This document shows, piece by piece, positions 41,001 through 51,313 of a DNA stretch of 64,000 nucleotides. The stretch is from contig CAVSGP010000004.1 in the NCBI GenBank assembly GCA_963727505.1, forward strand, positions 480,001 through 544,000, read 5' to 3'. The translations under genes were made by a program, and so were the position numbers. Origin of the DNA: an uncultured Trueperaceae bacterium. Its GTDB lineage: Bacteria; Deinococcota; Deinococci; Deinococcales; Trueperaceae. The notes below the pieces were generated by a model. The model did not search any database and had not been told where the DNA came from. It saw only the letters and a program-made list of their open reading frames with translations. Positions within the stretch are counted from its first letter, which is position 1, and every line of letters starts with the position of its first letter.

Positions 41001-43058
41001 TCAGCTCGCCAGCGGAGTCGGCTCGCCTTCGGGCTCGACGCCCAGGTTGCGGCGGATGAGCGCGTCGACATCGGGGCCGCGCCCCATGAAACGCTCGAAC
41101 AGGACCATCGGGTCGTCGCTGTCGGCCTTCGATAGCACCGCGTCGACGAAGGCGCGTCCGGTGTCGGCGTTGAAGATGCCCTCGCGCTGGAAACGGCTGA
41201 AGGCGTCGGCGTCGAGCACCTCGCTCCACTTGTAGCTGTAGTACCCGGCCGCGTAGCCCGACGAGAAGATATGGCTGAACGACGTCAGGAACTGGTTGTG
41301 TGCGAACTCCGGGCGCATGACGAACGGCTCCATCACGTGCTGGCCGAAGGCGACCGGATCACCGCCGAGCAGCGGATCGTAGTCGACGTGGAGCGCCAGG
41401 TCCACGCTGCCGAGGCTGAGCTGACGCATCTGCGCGGCGGCCGCCAGGAAGGTGCGGCTGCCCGAAAGGCGTGCGAACAGGTCGTCGGGGATGGGATCGC
41501 CCGTCTCCACGTGGTGGGCGAACAGATCCAGCCCTTCGCGCTCCCACGCCCAGTTCTCCAGGAGCTGCGAAGGGAGCTCGACGAAGTCCCAGGCAACGCT
41601 CCCCAGGCTGCCGCGGCCAGGGACCTCCACGCGACCGAGCACGTGGTGCAGCAGGTGGCCGAACTCGTGGAAGAGGGTGGTCACCTCGTCGTGCGTCAGC
41701 ATCGCCGGCTGCCCGTCGGTGGGTGGCGTGATGTTGGCGGCGATGGCGCCGACGTGCGGCGCGAAGGAGGACCCTTCCGGGCCCCCGGTGATCATCGGGT
41801 TCATCCAGGCGCCGTCGCGCTTCGACGCGCGCGGGTGCCAGTCGGCGTAGAAGGTGCCGACGTGCGTGCCTTCGCGGTCGTGCAGGTCGTACACGGCAAC
41901 GTCCGGGTTCCAGGTCGGCACACCGTCGACCGCCCGCACACGGACGCCGAACAGGCGCTCGGCCACCGAGAACATGCCGTCGAGCACACCGTCGAGGGCG
42001 AAGTAGGGGCGCAGCTCCTCCTCGTCGAAGTCGAAGCGCGCGCGCCGGAGCGACTCGGCCACGAAGTCGATGTCCCAGGGCTCGAGCCGCTCGATCCCGA
42101 GTTGGTCCCGCGCGAAATCGTTGAGCGCGCGGACCTCATCGCGGAAATGCGGCAGGGTCTTGCGCGCCAGCTCCCGCTCGAATGCCTGCGCCTCGGCCCC
42201 GCTCTTGAGCATGCGGTCCTCGAGCTGGAGGTCGGCGAAATCGCGGTAGCCAAGGAGCCGCGCCAGCCGGCGACGCCGATCGAGGATGGCGGCGAGGACA
42301 GGGCGGTTGTCGTGCGCCCCGCCAGCAGCACGCCCCGTGAAGGCCTGGTAGAGCTGCCGCCTGCGATCCCGCGCGGTGGCGAACTTCATGAACGACCGGT
42401 ACGAGGGCGCCTGCAGCGTGAAGCGGTAGCCTTCCTTGCCGTGCGCCTCGGCGTCGAGGCGCGCGCGGCGGCGCACGCCGGGCGGCAATCCGCACAGCTC
42501 CGCCTCGTCGGTCAGCACCATCGAGAAGGCGTTGGTCGCGTCCAGAACGTTCTCGCTGAAGCGCGTCGAGAGCCGCGACAGCTCCACGCGTAGGGCACCT
42601 GCTCGCTCGCGCTCCTGCTCGGGAAGGTCGGCTCCGGCCTGCCGGAACTCCTGCAGCGTCTTCTCCAGGTGCCGGCGGCGGACACCCGTCAGGGCGCGTG
42701 CATCGTCGGTCTCCGCGTACGCCTTCAGCGCCGCCCAAAGGCCGGCATGGGTCGCGATGCTCGCCATGAACCCCGAGTAGACGGGGAGCGCCTCGTTGTA
42801 GGCGCGCCGGAGTTCGGGTGAGCTTCGCACCTGCGTGAGATGACGCGCGAAGCCGAACACGCGTGAAGCGCGCTCCACCAGCGCATCGAGCTCCAACAGG
42901 GTGTTCTCGAAGCTGCGCGGGCCGCCGGCGTGTGCAAGCTCCTCGAGCTCGCGTGAGGCGGTCGCGACCGCCTCACGGACCGCGGGCACGACGTCCTCCG
43001 CGGTCATGGTCTCGAAGGGTGGCGGTACGGCCCGGGACAGGAAGGGGTTCTCGTTCAT
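41001..43058 (-). CDS. prlC: M3 family oligopeptidase A
   Basis: TLFHEFGH, WDFVELPSQ, GYYSYKWSEVL. Confidence 0.9.
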   Translation of the reverse strand: MNENPFLSRAVPPPFETMTAEDVVPAVREAVATASRELEELAHAGGPRSFENTLLELDALVERASRVFGFARHLTQVRSSPELRRAYNEALPVYSGFMASIATHAGLWAALKAYAETDDARALTGVRRRHLEKTLQEFRQAGADLPEQERERAGALRVELSRLSTRFSENVLDATNAFSMVLTDEAELCGLPPGVRRRARLDAEAHGKEGYRFTLQAPSYRSFMKFATARDRRRQLYQAFTGRAAGGAHDNRPVLAAILDRRRRLARLLGYRDFADLQLEDRMLKSGAEAQAFERELARKTLPHFRDEVRALNDFARDQLGIERLEPWDIDFVAESLRRARFDFDEEELRPYFALDGVLDGMFSVAERLFGVRVRAVDGVPTWNPDVAVYDLHDREGTHVGTFYADWHPRASKRDGAWMNPMITGGPEGSSFAPHVGAIAANITPPTDGQPAMLTHDEVTTLFHEFGHLLHHVLGRVEVPGRGSLGSVAWDFVELPSQLLENWAWEREGLDLFAHHVETGDPIPDDLFARLSGSRTFLAAAAQMRQLSLGSVDLALHVDYDPLLGGDPVAFGQHVMEPFVMRPEFAHNQFLTSFSHIFSSGYAAGYYSYKWSEVLDADAFSRFQREGIFNADTGRAFVDAVLSKADSDDPMVLFERFMGRGPDVDALIRRNLGVEPEGEPTPLAS

Positions 43059-43130
43059 CGACACTCCTCAGCCTCCAACAACCCGGACAGTCTACCTGCG
43101 CACCCCGCGCGGGGGAACGACCCTTCAATG

Positions 43131-45275
43131 TCAGGCGAAGGCCGGCACGTACTCCGCGGGCACCGCTTGGCTGAAAAGGAAACCCTGCCCCTCGTCGCAC
43201 GCGAGGGTGCGAAGCAGCGCGTTCTGCTCGCGCGTCTCGATCCCCTCCGCGGTGACGGTCAGGCGCAGGCTCTTGCCGAGGGCGATGATCGCTCGGATCA
43301 GCTCCACGTCCTCCCCGACCTCGCGACCGCTGAGCCTCCCGACGAAGCTGCGGTCGATCTTCAGACCGTCGAGCGGCATCCCCCGCAACAGCGATAGCGA
43401 CGCGTTCGCCACGCCGAAGTCGTCGAGCGCAACGTGCATGCCCATGCTGCGAAGCTCGTGGAGGTGGGGGTCGGCGGCCTCCAGGGTGCTGGCGCCTGTC
43501 CGTTCGTTGATCTCGATCTCCAGCAGACCGGGGTGCAGGTCGTAGCGGGTGAGCACACCCTGCACCCGGCGCGTGAAGTCCTCGTCCTCCAGCGCCTGCG
43601 GACTGACGTTCACGGCTACGCGACGTGAGGTCCGTTGCTGCTGCCAGCGTTTGGCCTGGGCACAGGCGCGCTCCAGGACCCACTCGAACAGGTCCCCGCC
43701 GAGGCGGGCCTCCTCGGCGAGCGGCACGAAGGCGGCAGGCTTGAGCAATCCGCGCTCCGGGTGCTCCCAGCGCACGAGCGCCTCCACGCTGGTGATCGAT
43801 CCGGTCTGCAGCTCCACGCGCGGCTGGTAGTGGAGGACGAGCTGATCCTCCAGCAACGCCCGCCGCAACTCCTTCTCGAGCCCCGAACGCTCGCGCATGG
43901 CCGCGTCGAACCCCTGCCGGTAGAAGCGGTAGTCGCCGCGTTGGTGTTCCTTGGCATCCTCCAGGGCCATCCGGGCATGGTCGATCAGCTCGGCTGCGCT
44001 GGCCGCGCCCTCCGGGTAGAGCTCGACGCCGATGGTAGCGCTGAGCCGCAACGTGGCACCGCGGTCGTGGAACGGATCGGTCACGGTGGCCCGGATCTTG
44101 TCGAGCACCGGCAGAGCCGCGCCCGGCGCAGGCAGGCGCGACAGCAGCACCGCGAAGGTATCGGCGTCCAACCGGGCCAGGGTGTCGCTGCGACGCAAGT
44201 GCCTGCTCAGGCGCCCCCCGACCTCTTGCAGGACCCGATCGCCGCGGTCCGCCCCGAGCGTCTCGTTGAGGAATCGGAAGTCGTCGAGATCGACGAGCGC
44301 CAGCAGCGCGGCGCCGCCTTCGCGCCGGGTCTGGTAGAGCGCCTGCTGGATCCGGTCCTCGAGGAGGTAGCGGTTGGGCAGCCCGGTGAGGGCGTCGAAG
44401 TGCGCGCCGCGCCACAGTTCGGCGGTCACCTTCCTGTTGGCCGTGACGTCGCGCACGACACCGTATACGCCGCGCACGCCGGCCTCCTGCCCCTCCCAGT
44501 GCACCATGGCGAAGTCCTCCACCCAGAGCACGCGCCCCCCCTTGGTGCGAAGACGGTAGGCATGATGCCGCTCGCGCTGCGCGGCCAGGCTGTGGAGCGA
44601 CGCCTCGAAGGTCTCGCGATCATCGTCCACAACGAGCTCACCAGGCCCCATCGCCAGGACTTCCGCGACCTCGTATCCGGTCACCGCGGAGCACGCCGGA
44701 CTCACCCACGACCAGCGCGCCACACCGTCGTGGTCGAGGAGGAGGGCGTACGCGAACGACGCCCCCTGGCCCTGCATGCGAGCGGCGAGCGCGCTACGGG
44801 CTGCCTCGGCCCCGGCCGCGTGCGTGGAGACGGTCACGTCCCGCTGGAGCACCAGCAAGTGCCGGGGGCGGCCGTCCGGGCCCGGGATCGGCAGGTGCCG
44901 CTGCTCGTTGTAGAACAGCTCGCCGTCCTTGCGGTAGTTGCGGAAGGTGACGGTCGCCGGCAGCCCGCCGTCGAGCGCTTCCTTGATGCGCTCGTTGGCG
45001 TCCTGATCGCTGTCGTCACGCTGCAGGAAGCCCAGGTTGCGGCCCGTCGCCTCTTCGGGTCGGTACCCCGTCAGCTCCCCGAACGCCTCGCTGGCGTGCA
45101 CCACCGGGTGGCCGACCTGGGTCAGGTCGGAGACCGTGAAGCAGGCCTCGCCGAACAGGCGCTGCACCATCTCCACCACTTCCGAGGTCTCCGCCGCAGC
45201 GGATCCCGTGGCCAGCTTCACCAGCGTGGCGCGATCGTTCGTCGCGCTTTCGGCCTTCATGGAACCTGCACCCAT
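43131..45275 (-). CDS. LOV-like PAS / PAS / degenerate GGDEF / EAL protein, probable c-di-GMP phosphodiesterase
   Basis: GRNLGFLQ and NYRKDG; DADTF in place of GGDEF; EALVRW, DDFG, KIDRSFV, AEGIE; start at 45275 or 45260. Confidence 0.85.
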   Translation of the reverse strand: MGAGSMKAESATNDRATLVKLATGSAAAETSEVVEMVQRLFGEACFTVSDLTQVGHPVVHASEAFGELTGYRPEEATGRNLGFLQRDDSDQDANERIKEALDGGLPATVTFRNYRKDGELFYNEQRHLPIPGPDGRPRHLLVLQRDVTVSTHAAGAEAARSALAARMQGQGASFAYALLLDHDGVARWSWVSPACSAVTGYEVAEVLAMGPGELVVDDDRETFEASLHSLAAQRERHHAYRLRTKGGRVLWVEDFAMVHWEGQEAGVRGVYGVVRDVTANRKVTAELWRGAHFDALTGLPNRYLLEDRIQQALYQTRREGGAALLALVDLDDFRFLNETLGADRGDRVLQEVGGRLSRHLRRSDTLARLDADTFAVLLSRLPAPGAALPVLDKIRATVTDPFHDRGATLRLSATIGVELYPEGAASAAELIDHARMALEDAKEHQRGDYRFYRQGFDAAMRERSGLEKELRRALLEDQLVLHYQPRVELQTGSITSVEALVRWEHPERGLLKPAAFVPLAEEARLGGDLFEWVLERACAQAKRWQQQRTSRRVAVNVSPQALEDEDFTRRVQGVLTRYDLHPGLLEIEINERTGASTLEAADPHLHELRSMGMHVALDDFGVANASLSLLRGMPLDGLKIDRSFVGRLSGREVGEDVELIRAIIALGKSLRLTVTAEGIETREQNALLRTLACDEGQGFLFSQAVPAEYVPAFA

Positions 45276-45528
45276 CCTCCGTACGGCCCGGTTACCGCCG
45301 CTGGCGGCAACCGGGCGCCGAGGCCACGGACGAACGTCTGCGTCGGGGCTCCCATCCGCCGACCGCTCAACTCCCGTGCCCTCTCATCTCTTCCGAGCCC
45401 GACCGTACCATCTCATGCCCGCCCGATCCGTGACAAATCTCTGACACAGAGGGCGTTCCTGGCGTATAGAACGCGGGCAGGCGGGGGACGCCGGGGCCGT
45501 CCGGCGCACCCGCGCTCCCGGTGCGGCA

Positions 45529-46212
45529 TCAGTCGTGGTCGACCTCGCCAAGCATCAGTCGCGCCAGGTCGCGCGAGATCGACAACCGTTCGTCGCCCAG
45601 CACAACGGTCAACAGCTCTCCTACCGGCTCCTTGGCCTGCACGCGCAACCGAGAGCCGGGGTGGACACCCAGCTCGGTGACGTAGGCGAGGACCTCGGGG
45701 TCCTGGCTCAGGATGCGCGAGACGGTGAACCACTGCCCCACCGCCACATCACACAGCCCCGTGCTCGGCGTCGAAGGTACGCTTCCGTCGTCGCGGGGGA
45801 TGGGATCGCCGTGCGGATCGTGCGTCGGCTGGCCCAGGTGATCGGCCAGACGCTCGGTGAACCGCCCCGACATCACATGCTCCATCGCCTCCGCTTCCTC
45901 GTGGACTTCGTCCCAGCTGTAGCCGAGGTCGCGGATGAGGAAGGTCTCCAGGAGCCGGTGGCGCCGGATGAGGCGCAGCGCCTCGGCGCGACCGGCGACG
46001 CTGAGTTGCGCCCCGTAGTAAGGACGGTACCGGATGAGCCCCATGCGCTTCAGCTTGCCGAGCATGCCCGTGACCGACGACGCCTTGACGCCCAGCGCAC
46101 GTGCGATGTCCCCCGTTGCGGCCGGCTCGTCGCGTGCGATCACCCAGATCGCCTTGAGATAATCGCCGACCGATGTCGACAGCGACGCCTTTCCGGGCTT
46201 CTCCTTGGTCAC
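45529..46212 (-). CDS. DtxR/MntR family metal-dependent regulator with FeoA domain
   Basis: DYLKAIW, RRHRLLETFL, EAEAMEH, DPHGDPIP. Confidence 0.9.
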   Translation of the reverse strand: MTKEKPGKASLSTSVGDYLKAIWVIARDEPAATGDIARALGVKASSVTGMLGKLKRMGLIRYRPYYGAQLSVAGRAEALRLIRRHRLLETFLIRDLGYSWDEVHEEAEAMEHVMSGRFTERLADHLGQPTHDPHGDPIPRDDGSVPSTPSTGLCDVAVGQWFTVSRILSQDPEVLAYVTELGVHPGSRLRVQAKEPVGELLTVVLGDERLSISRDLARLMLGEVDHD

Positions 46213-46220
46213 ACCGAAGT

Positions 46221-47168
46221 CTACGGGCTGCGCCCAGGGCCTGCAACCGACCCGAGGGCAGCCGGCTCGCGGAGTTCGGCCTCCTGCAAGAGGCGCTCCA
46301 CCAGCTCGCGGGCCGCCCGCGAAGCCAGCTCGGGTGGACGGTGGAGGAGCGTGAGCGGACGCACCAACGCCTCGGACGCCAACGGCACGACGCGCAGCGC
46401 GCCCGCCTCCACTTCCCGACGGACCGCGGACTCCGACAGGAACCCGGCCCCGAGCCCCGCCAGCACCGCTTGCTTGACGGTATCGAGGCCCGTTGCCTCC
46501 AGCGCCGTCGCCACCGTCACACCGGCACTCGCCAGGGCCCGGTCCACCACCTCCCGGGTGCCGGATCCGAGTTCGCGGCGCACCACCTCCAGGCCCTGCA
46601 ACCGCGGCAAGGGCAGCGCTGCGTCCGCCTGCAGCGGGTGGTCGGGGCGCACCACCAGCACCAGCCGGTCGACCCCGTAGAGCGCGGCCTTCACGTTGGC
46701 CGGAGGTTCGCCCACCGGGCCCTCGACGATCGCCAGATCGGCCTCGCCCGCGGCGAGCAGCGTCACGGCGTCGGCCGAATTGCGGGTCAGGAGTGCGATG
46801 CGCAGGGCCGGGAAGGCCTCCCGAAAACGCGCCAGCGCCGCAGGCAAGCGGTAGACGGCCACGGTCATGCTGGCGGCGATCCGCAATGTGCCACGGAGAA
46901 GCCCCCCCTGCTCGTCGGACCAGCGCTGCGCGCCCTCGATCGCGTTCGTCACCGCCCGGGCGTAGGGCAGGAGTGCCTTCCCCGCTTCGGTGAGGCGCAC
47001 GCCGTGCCGGTGGCGACGGTAGAGCGGCTCGCCGACGGCATCGGTGAGCTTTCGAAGCTGGGCCGAGAGGGCGGGCTGTGTGCGGTGCAGCCGCTCTGCG
47101 GCCGCCGACACGCTTCCCGCCTCGGCCACCCGCGCGAACACGATGAGCGGCTCGGGCTCGATGCGCAT
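46221..47168 (-). CDS. LysR family transcriptional regulator (CysL-like)
   Basis: GSVSAAAERLHRTQPALS, RELGSGTR. Confidence 0.9.
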   Translation of the reverse strand: MRIEPEPLIVFARVAEAGSVSAAAERLHRTQPALSAQLRKLTDAVGEPLYRRHRHGVRLTEAGKALLPYARAVTNAIEGAQRWSDEQGGLLRGTLRIAASMTVAVYRLPAALARFREAFPALRIALLTRNSADAVTLLAAGEADLAIVEGPVGEPPANVKAALYGVDRLVLVVRPDHPLQADAALPLPRLQGLEVVRRELGSGTREVVDRALASAGVTVATALEATGLDTVKQAVLAGLGAGFLSESAVRREVEAGALRVVPLASEALVRPLTLLHRPPELASRAARELVERLLQEAELREPAALGSVAGPGRSP

Positions 47169-47175
47169 GACCTAT

Positions 47176-47218
47176 TATAAGCACCCTCTATATGACCTAC
47201 TCCTATATCAACTTTGAT
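47176..47218. promoter_or_regulatory. LTTR boxes in the divergent LysR/YeiH promoter region
   Basis: TATA-N9-TATA (T-N11-A) at 47176-47192; ATCAA-ct-TTGAT at 47207-47218. Confidence 0.5.
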
Positions 47219-47248
47219 TTATGGGGCAGATGAGCCTACACTCCCCGG

Positions 47249-48289
47249 ATGCGCCTGCTCGCACCCCCTTCGCTGCCCGCCCCGGCCACGCTTCGCGCCC
47301 TTCCCCGCGGCCTCCTCCTGACCGGCGCCCTGGCCCTCGCCGCCAGCCTGGCTGCGCGCCTTCCGGGGCTCGCCACCCTGGGGCCGCTCGGCATCGCCAT
47401 GCTCCTCGGCGTCCTGTGGCGCACCACGGCCGGCCTCGGCGTCTCCCTGGTCCCGGGCACCACGTTCGCCGCGCGCACGTTGCTGCGCCTGGGGGTCGTG
47501 TTGCTCGGCGTCCGGCTGGACTTCGCGCTGCTGCTGAGCGCCGGACCACGTGTTCTCTCCCTCGACCTGCTCGTCGTGGTGATCGGCACGCTCGCCATGG
47601 AGCGTTTCGGCAAGATGCTCGGGCTCGGGCGCGGGCTCCGGCTCGGCCTGGCGCTCGGTTCGTGCATCTGCGGCGCCGCTGCGATCGCCGCGGCCGCACC
47701 GATCATCCGCGCTAGCGACGACGACGTGTCGGTGTCGGTCGGCATCGTGAGCCTGCTAGGGACCGTAGGAGTCGTAGGGTTCGCCGTGCTCGCCCCTCTC
47801 CTGGGCATGAGCGTCCAGCGCTACGGCCTCATGACCGGGGCCACCCTGCACGAAGTAGCGCAGGTCCTGGCCGCGGGCGCCGCGCACGGCGCCCGCGCCC
47901 TCGACCTGGCCACCATCACGAAGTTGACGAGGGTGGCCCTGCTAGCGCCCACACTGCTCGTGGTCGGAACCGTCCTGCGCCGCCGCGATGCTGCCGGCAC
48001 CGGCGGCGCGTCCGGCGCGATGCGGCGGCCACCCTTGTTGCCCGGCTTCCTGATCGGCTTCCTGGCGCTTGGAGCGCTCCGCAGCGCCGGCCTGGTGCCG
48101 GCCCCGATGGTGCCGTTGTTGCAGACCGGAAGTACCGTCCTGATGACGGCCGCCATGGCCGGCATCGGACTGGCCGTCGACCTTCGGGTCGTTCGCAGGA
48201 TCGGCGCTCCCGCCGTCGTGCTCGCCATCGCGGGCTTCGCCCTGACGCTGAGCATCGCGACCATGGCCACGCTCGGACTCCCGGGCTGA
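47249..48289 (+). CDS. YeiH / putative sulfate exporter family transporter
   Basis: LLRLGVVLLG, GSCICGAAAI, GATLHEVAQV, KLTRV; divergent from LysR. Confidence 0.88.
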   Translation: MRLLAPPSLPAPATLRALPRGLLLTGALALAASLAARLPGLATLGPLGIAMLLGVLWRTTAGLGVSLVPGTTFAARTLLRLGVVLLGVRLDFALLLSAGPRVLSLDLLVVVIGTLAMERFGKMLGLGRGLRLGLALGSCICGAAAIAAAAPIIRASDDDVSVSVGIVSLLGTVGVVGFAVLAPLLGMSVQRYGLMTGATLHEVAQVLAAGAAHGARALDLATITKLTRVALLAPTLLVVGTVLRRRDAAGTGGASGAMRRPPLLPGFLIGFLALGALRSAGLVPAPMVPLLQTGSTVLMTAAMAGIGLAVDLRVVRRIGAPAVVLAIAGFALTLSIATMATLGLPG

Positions 48290-48368
48290 GCGCCTCGCGC
48301 CTGCCGGGAAGGGCGCGAGCGGTCCGCTCGCGGGGCGTGAGGGAAGCACCGTCGCCCTAGCGCGAGAC

Positions 48369-48385
48369 ATACCCCCCGTAGGTAT
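48369..48385. promoter_or_regulatory. CsoR/RcnR-family operator-like palindrome upstream of trxB
   Basis: ATACC-CCCCGTA-GGTAT with a C-tract. Confidence 0.5.
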
Positions 48386-48445
48386 TCAATGTGACAGATC
48401 GGCCGTGCCGTCGGGTGCTAGCCTTGAGGCTGGATGGAGGGTGCC

Positions 48446-49471
48446 ATGCCCAAGAGAGAGCAGCAGCACGACGTCGTGATCATCGGCGGCGGACCGGCGG
48501 GTCTCACCGCCGGCATCTACGCCGGGCGCGGCCAGCTCGACACCATCATCATCGAGAAAGGCCTTCCCGGCGGGCAGATCGCTCAGACCGACGAGGTCGA
48601 GAACTACGCCGGGTTCCCCGAAGGCATCACCGGCCCCGAGCTGTCGCAACGCATGGTCCAGCAGGCCGAGAAGTTCGGAGCGTCCATCGTCATGGACGAG
48701 GTCACCGTCGTCGAACGCAAGCCGTCCGGCGGTTTCGTCGTTCGCGGATACGACGCCGACTATCACGCTCGCTCGGTCATCGTCGCCACCGGCGCGAACC
48801 CGCGCCGCCTCGGTGTGCCCGGGGAGGACGAGTTCTACGGGCGCGGTGTCTCGACCTGCGCCACGTGTGACGGCTTCTTCTATCGAGGCAAGCGAGTGGT
48901 CGTGGTCGGTGGGGGGGACGCTGCCATCGAAGAAGGCACGTTCTTGACGAAGTTCGCCGACTCGGTCACGATCGTTCACCGACGCGACGAGCTCCGCGCC
49001 CACAAGGCCGCCCAGGAGCGCGCCATGGCGAACCCGAAGATGCACTTCGTGTGGAACACCGTGGTCACGGAAGTCCTCGGCCAGGACGGTCAAGTCAGTG
49101 GCGTGCGCACACGCGACGTGGCGACGGGCGAGGAAGGCGTGCTCGGGACCGACGGCGTGTTCATCTATGTCGGCCACGAGCCCAACACCGGCTTCGTCGA
49201 GGGCACGGTGCGCCTGCGCGAGAGCGGATACATCGATGTGCGCGACGAGATCTACACCGATGTGGAGGGCCTGTTCGCGGCCGGCGACGTTTCCGACGAA
49301 GTCTACCGGCAGCTAGGGACGTCGGTCGGGGCGGGCACCCGAGCTGCGATGGCCGCCGAACGGTGGCTCGCCGAGCAGGACCAGCCTACGTCGCCACGGC
49401 CCGTCGAGGAGACGGCGAAGACCGATGCACGTCCGAGCCTCGCCTTCAACGTGCCGATCCGCGAAGCCTGA
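48446..49471 (+). CDS. trxB: Thioredoxin-disulfide reductase
   Basis: GGGPAG, CATCDG, GGGDAA, AAGDV; GGAGG RBS. Confidence 0.95.
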   Translation: MPKREQQHDVVIIGGGPAGLTAGIYAGRGQLDTIIIEKGLPGGQIAQTDEVENYAGFPEGITGPELSQRMVQQAEKFGASIVMDEVTVVERKPSGGFVVRGYDADYHARSVIVATGANPRRLGVPGEDEFYGRGVSTCATCDGFFYRGKRVVVVGGGDAAIEEGTFLTKFADSVTIVHRRDELRAHKAAQERAMANPKMHFVWNTVVTEVLGQDGQVSGVRTRDVATGEEGVLGTDGVFIYVGHEPNTGFVEGTVRLRESGYIDVRDEIYTDVEGLFAAGDVSDEVYRQLGTSVGAGTRAAMAAERWLAEQDQPTSPRPVEETAKTDARPSLAFNVPIREA

Positions 49472-49490
49472 GCGCTCGAGCTCTCCGGCG

Positions 49491-50540
49491 TCAACGCGGC
49501 AGGAAGTCGTAGAACAGGAACGAGCCGCGATAGGCGGTCGCCAGCACATGGCCGTCGGTCCACAGCGGTGTGCCGACGGCCTCGCGCCAGGCCCTGGTAT
49601 CGCTTCCGGTCAGGGTGATGAAGCGTCCGTCCACCTTCGCCGTCCAGCCGTCCCCCTCGAGCGGCCCGACAGCGGGCGCCTCGAGATCGAGCGCCGTGCC
49701 CTTCGGGGCGTCCGGCAGCTCTCCCTTGCCAAGGCCGAGGTACTGCGCCGGACCGTTCTTCGTCATCCCGAGCTCGGGCACGCCCAGGGCGAGCAGCTTG
49801 CTCGCCTCGTTGCCGTTCTGGCCAACCGTGACACGCTCCAGGACCACCAGCCTCGGCACCGCGTCGGTCTGGGGGCGATAGACGGTGGCCTTCACGTCCG
49901 ATAGCGGCAGCCCGAGACCGTCCGCGACCAGCGACAGCACCGACGCCTCGAAGGCGTCGCGGGCCTCGCGACTGTCCTGCTGGTAGTGGTCCGGCCACAA
50001 GGAGAGGTTGCGCAGGCGCGTGACGCTTCCGTCCGCTGCCGGGATGGCCAACCAGGCGTCGAAGGAATCGACCTGGTCGCCCTCGAGCGTGACGTAGCGG
50101 GCTTCCTGCAACGGAGTCGACTGCTGGAGCCGCACCGCCACCCCGCTCCGCCACGGCAGAACACTCACGTCCCGCCCGTCCGGGATGATGCGCGTCAGCA
50201 CCCGGGGCGCCAGCGACACGATGCCCGGCGGGATCGCTTCGGCGAGCGCGGGCACCGGACGGCCGCCCGCCACCGAAGGCATGGAATCGGCGAACACAAG
50301 GGCCGCCTGCCGGTTCGCGAAGGCGCCCACCCTCACGCGGAACACGTCCCCCAACCCGGTGGTCGAGCGCACCACGTAGGCCGGGTAGCCTTCCCCGTTG
50401 AGCTGCGTCTGGAGCGCCAGCGCCGAGTCCTTGTCCGACAAGGCCACCACCTGCACGGTGTAAGAGATAGCCTGGGCCGAGGCCGCCGTCACCAACGCCA
50501 GGAGCGCTGTGAGGGCGGCCGCACGGACACGGAACGCCAC
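49491..50540 (-). CDS. Secreted SPOR domain protein
   Basis: Signal peptide ASAQA; YTVQVVAL...FRVRVGAF. Confidence 0.75.
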   Translation of the reverse strand: MAFRVRAAALTALLALVTAASAQAISYTVQVVALSDKDSALALQTQLNGEGYPAYVVRSTTGLGDVFRVRVGAFANRQAALVFADSMPSVAGGRPVPALAEAIPPGIVSLAPRVLTRIIPDGRDVSVLPWRSGVAVRLQQSTPLQEARYVTLEGDQVDSFDAWLAIPAADGSVTRLRNLSLWPDHYQQDSREARDAFEASVLSLVADGLGLPLSDVKATVYRPQTDAVPRLVVLERVTVGQNGNEASKLLALGVPELGMTKNGPAQYLGLGKGELPDAPKGTALDLEAPAVGPLEGDGWTAKVDGRFITLTGSDTRAWREAVGTPLWTDGHVLATAYRGSFLFYDFLPR

Positions 50541-51313
50541 TAGAAGTCCTTTCGCTCGAACAGTACGACCGAAACGGCCGCGAAGGCGGCGCAGTAGAAC
50601 GCGATCAGCGCGGCCACCCAACCCATGTTGGCGACCGGCTTGGCATAGGCGTTGAGCTGGGTGGTGAGCAGATACGGCGTGAGTCCCGGGAAGACGACGA
50701 GGAGTTGCATGAAGATCAGCACCGAGAGCGTCGCCAGCGCGCCGCCCGCGGCGTTCATGAACACCACCGTGAACAGCACGCCCAGAAGGCTCACCGGCAC
50801 CAGACTGTAGGCGGCCACGATGTACGCTCCGGCCACCTCGCGCAGAGCGTGCGCAGCCGCCATGGTGCCCTGCCCCAGCAGTCCCGCCTGACCGAGCCCG
50901 GTGCCGCCCACGAAGGAGCCGTAGCCGTAGGGACCACCGGCGAGCAGGGACACGACGAAGAACAGGGCGAGCACCGCGAAGGGGTAGACCGATGCCACCA
51001 ACAACTTGGCGAGTAGCCACTGCGACCGCGACACCGGCCGGAGCAGCACCGTCGGCAGGGTGCCGTTGCTCAGCTCCATGCCGAGGAGCTCCGCGGAGGT
51101 GATCGCCACCAGCAAGGGCAGCAGGAACTGCATGCTCGACAGCAGGCTCAAGGCCGGAACCTGGTATGCCGACACCAGGTAGAAGCCGTAGACGTTGAAG
51201 ATCCCTGGGGCGTACGCCCAGAGGATCGGGAACAGGATCAGCAGGACGACCGAGAAGCGCACGCTCGCGAGGCGGGCGACCTTGCCGAACTCCATGGCCA
51301 GCAGGCTTCTCAC
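50540..51313 (-). CDS. ABC-2 type exporter permease
   Basis: Six transmembrane helices; ELSNGTL...LLRPVSR...LLAK. Confidence 0.85.
   Translation of the reverse strand: MRSLLAMEFGKVARLASVRFSVVLLILFPILWAYAPGIFNVYGFYLVSAYQVPALSLLSSMQFLLPLLVAITSAELLGMELSNGTLPTVLLRPVSRSQWLLAKLLVASVYPFAVLALFFVVSLLAGGPYGYGSFVGGTGLGQAGLLGQGTMAAAHALREVAGAYIVAAYSLVPVSLLGVLFTVVFMNAAGGALATLSVLIFMQLLVVFPGLTPYLLTTQLNAYAKPVANMGWVAALIAFYCAAFAAVSVVLFERKDF

Noticed and set aside
45429..45450. CRP-like site upstream of the EAL gene
   Set aside because: Only a direct TGACA repeat; spacing does not fit TGTGA-N6-TCACA
46213..47184. Long N-terminal extension of the DtxR/MntR ORF
   Set aside because: Alternative frame over the LysR gene; the GTG at 46212 has a -10 box directly upstream
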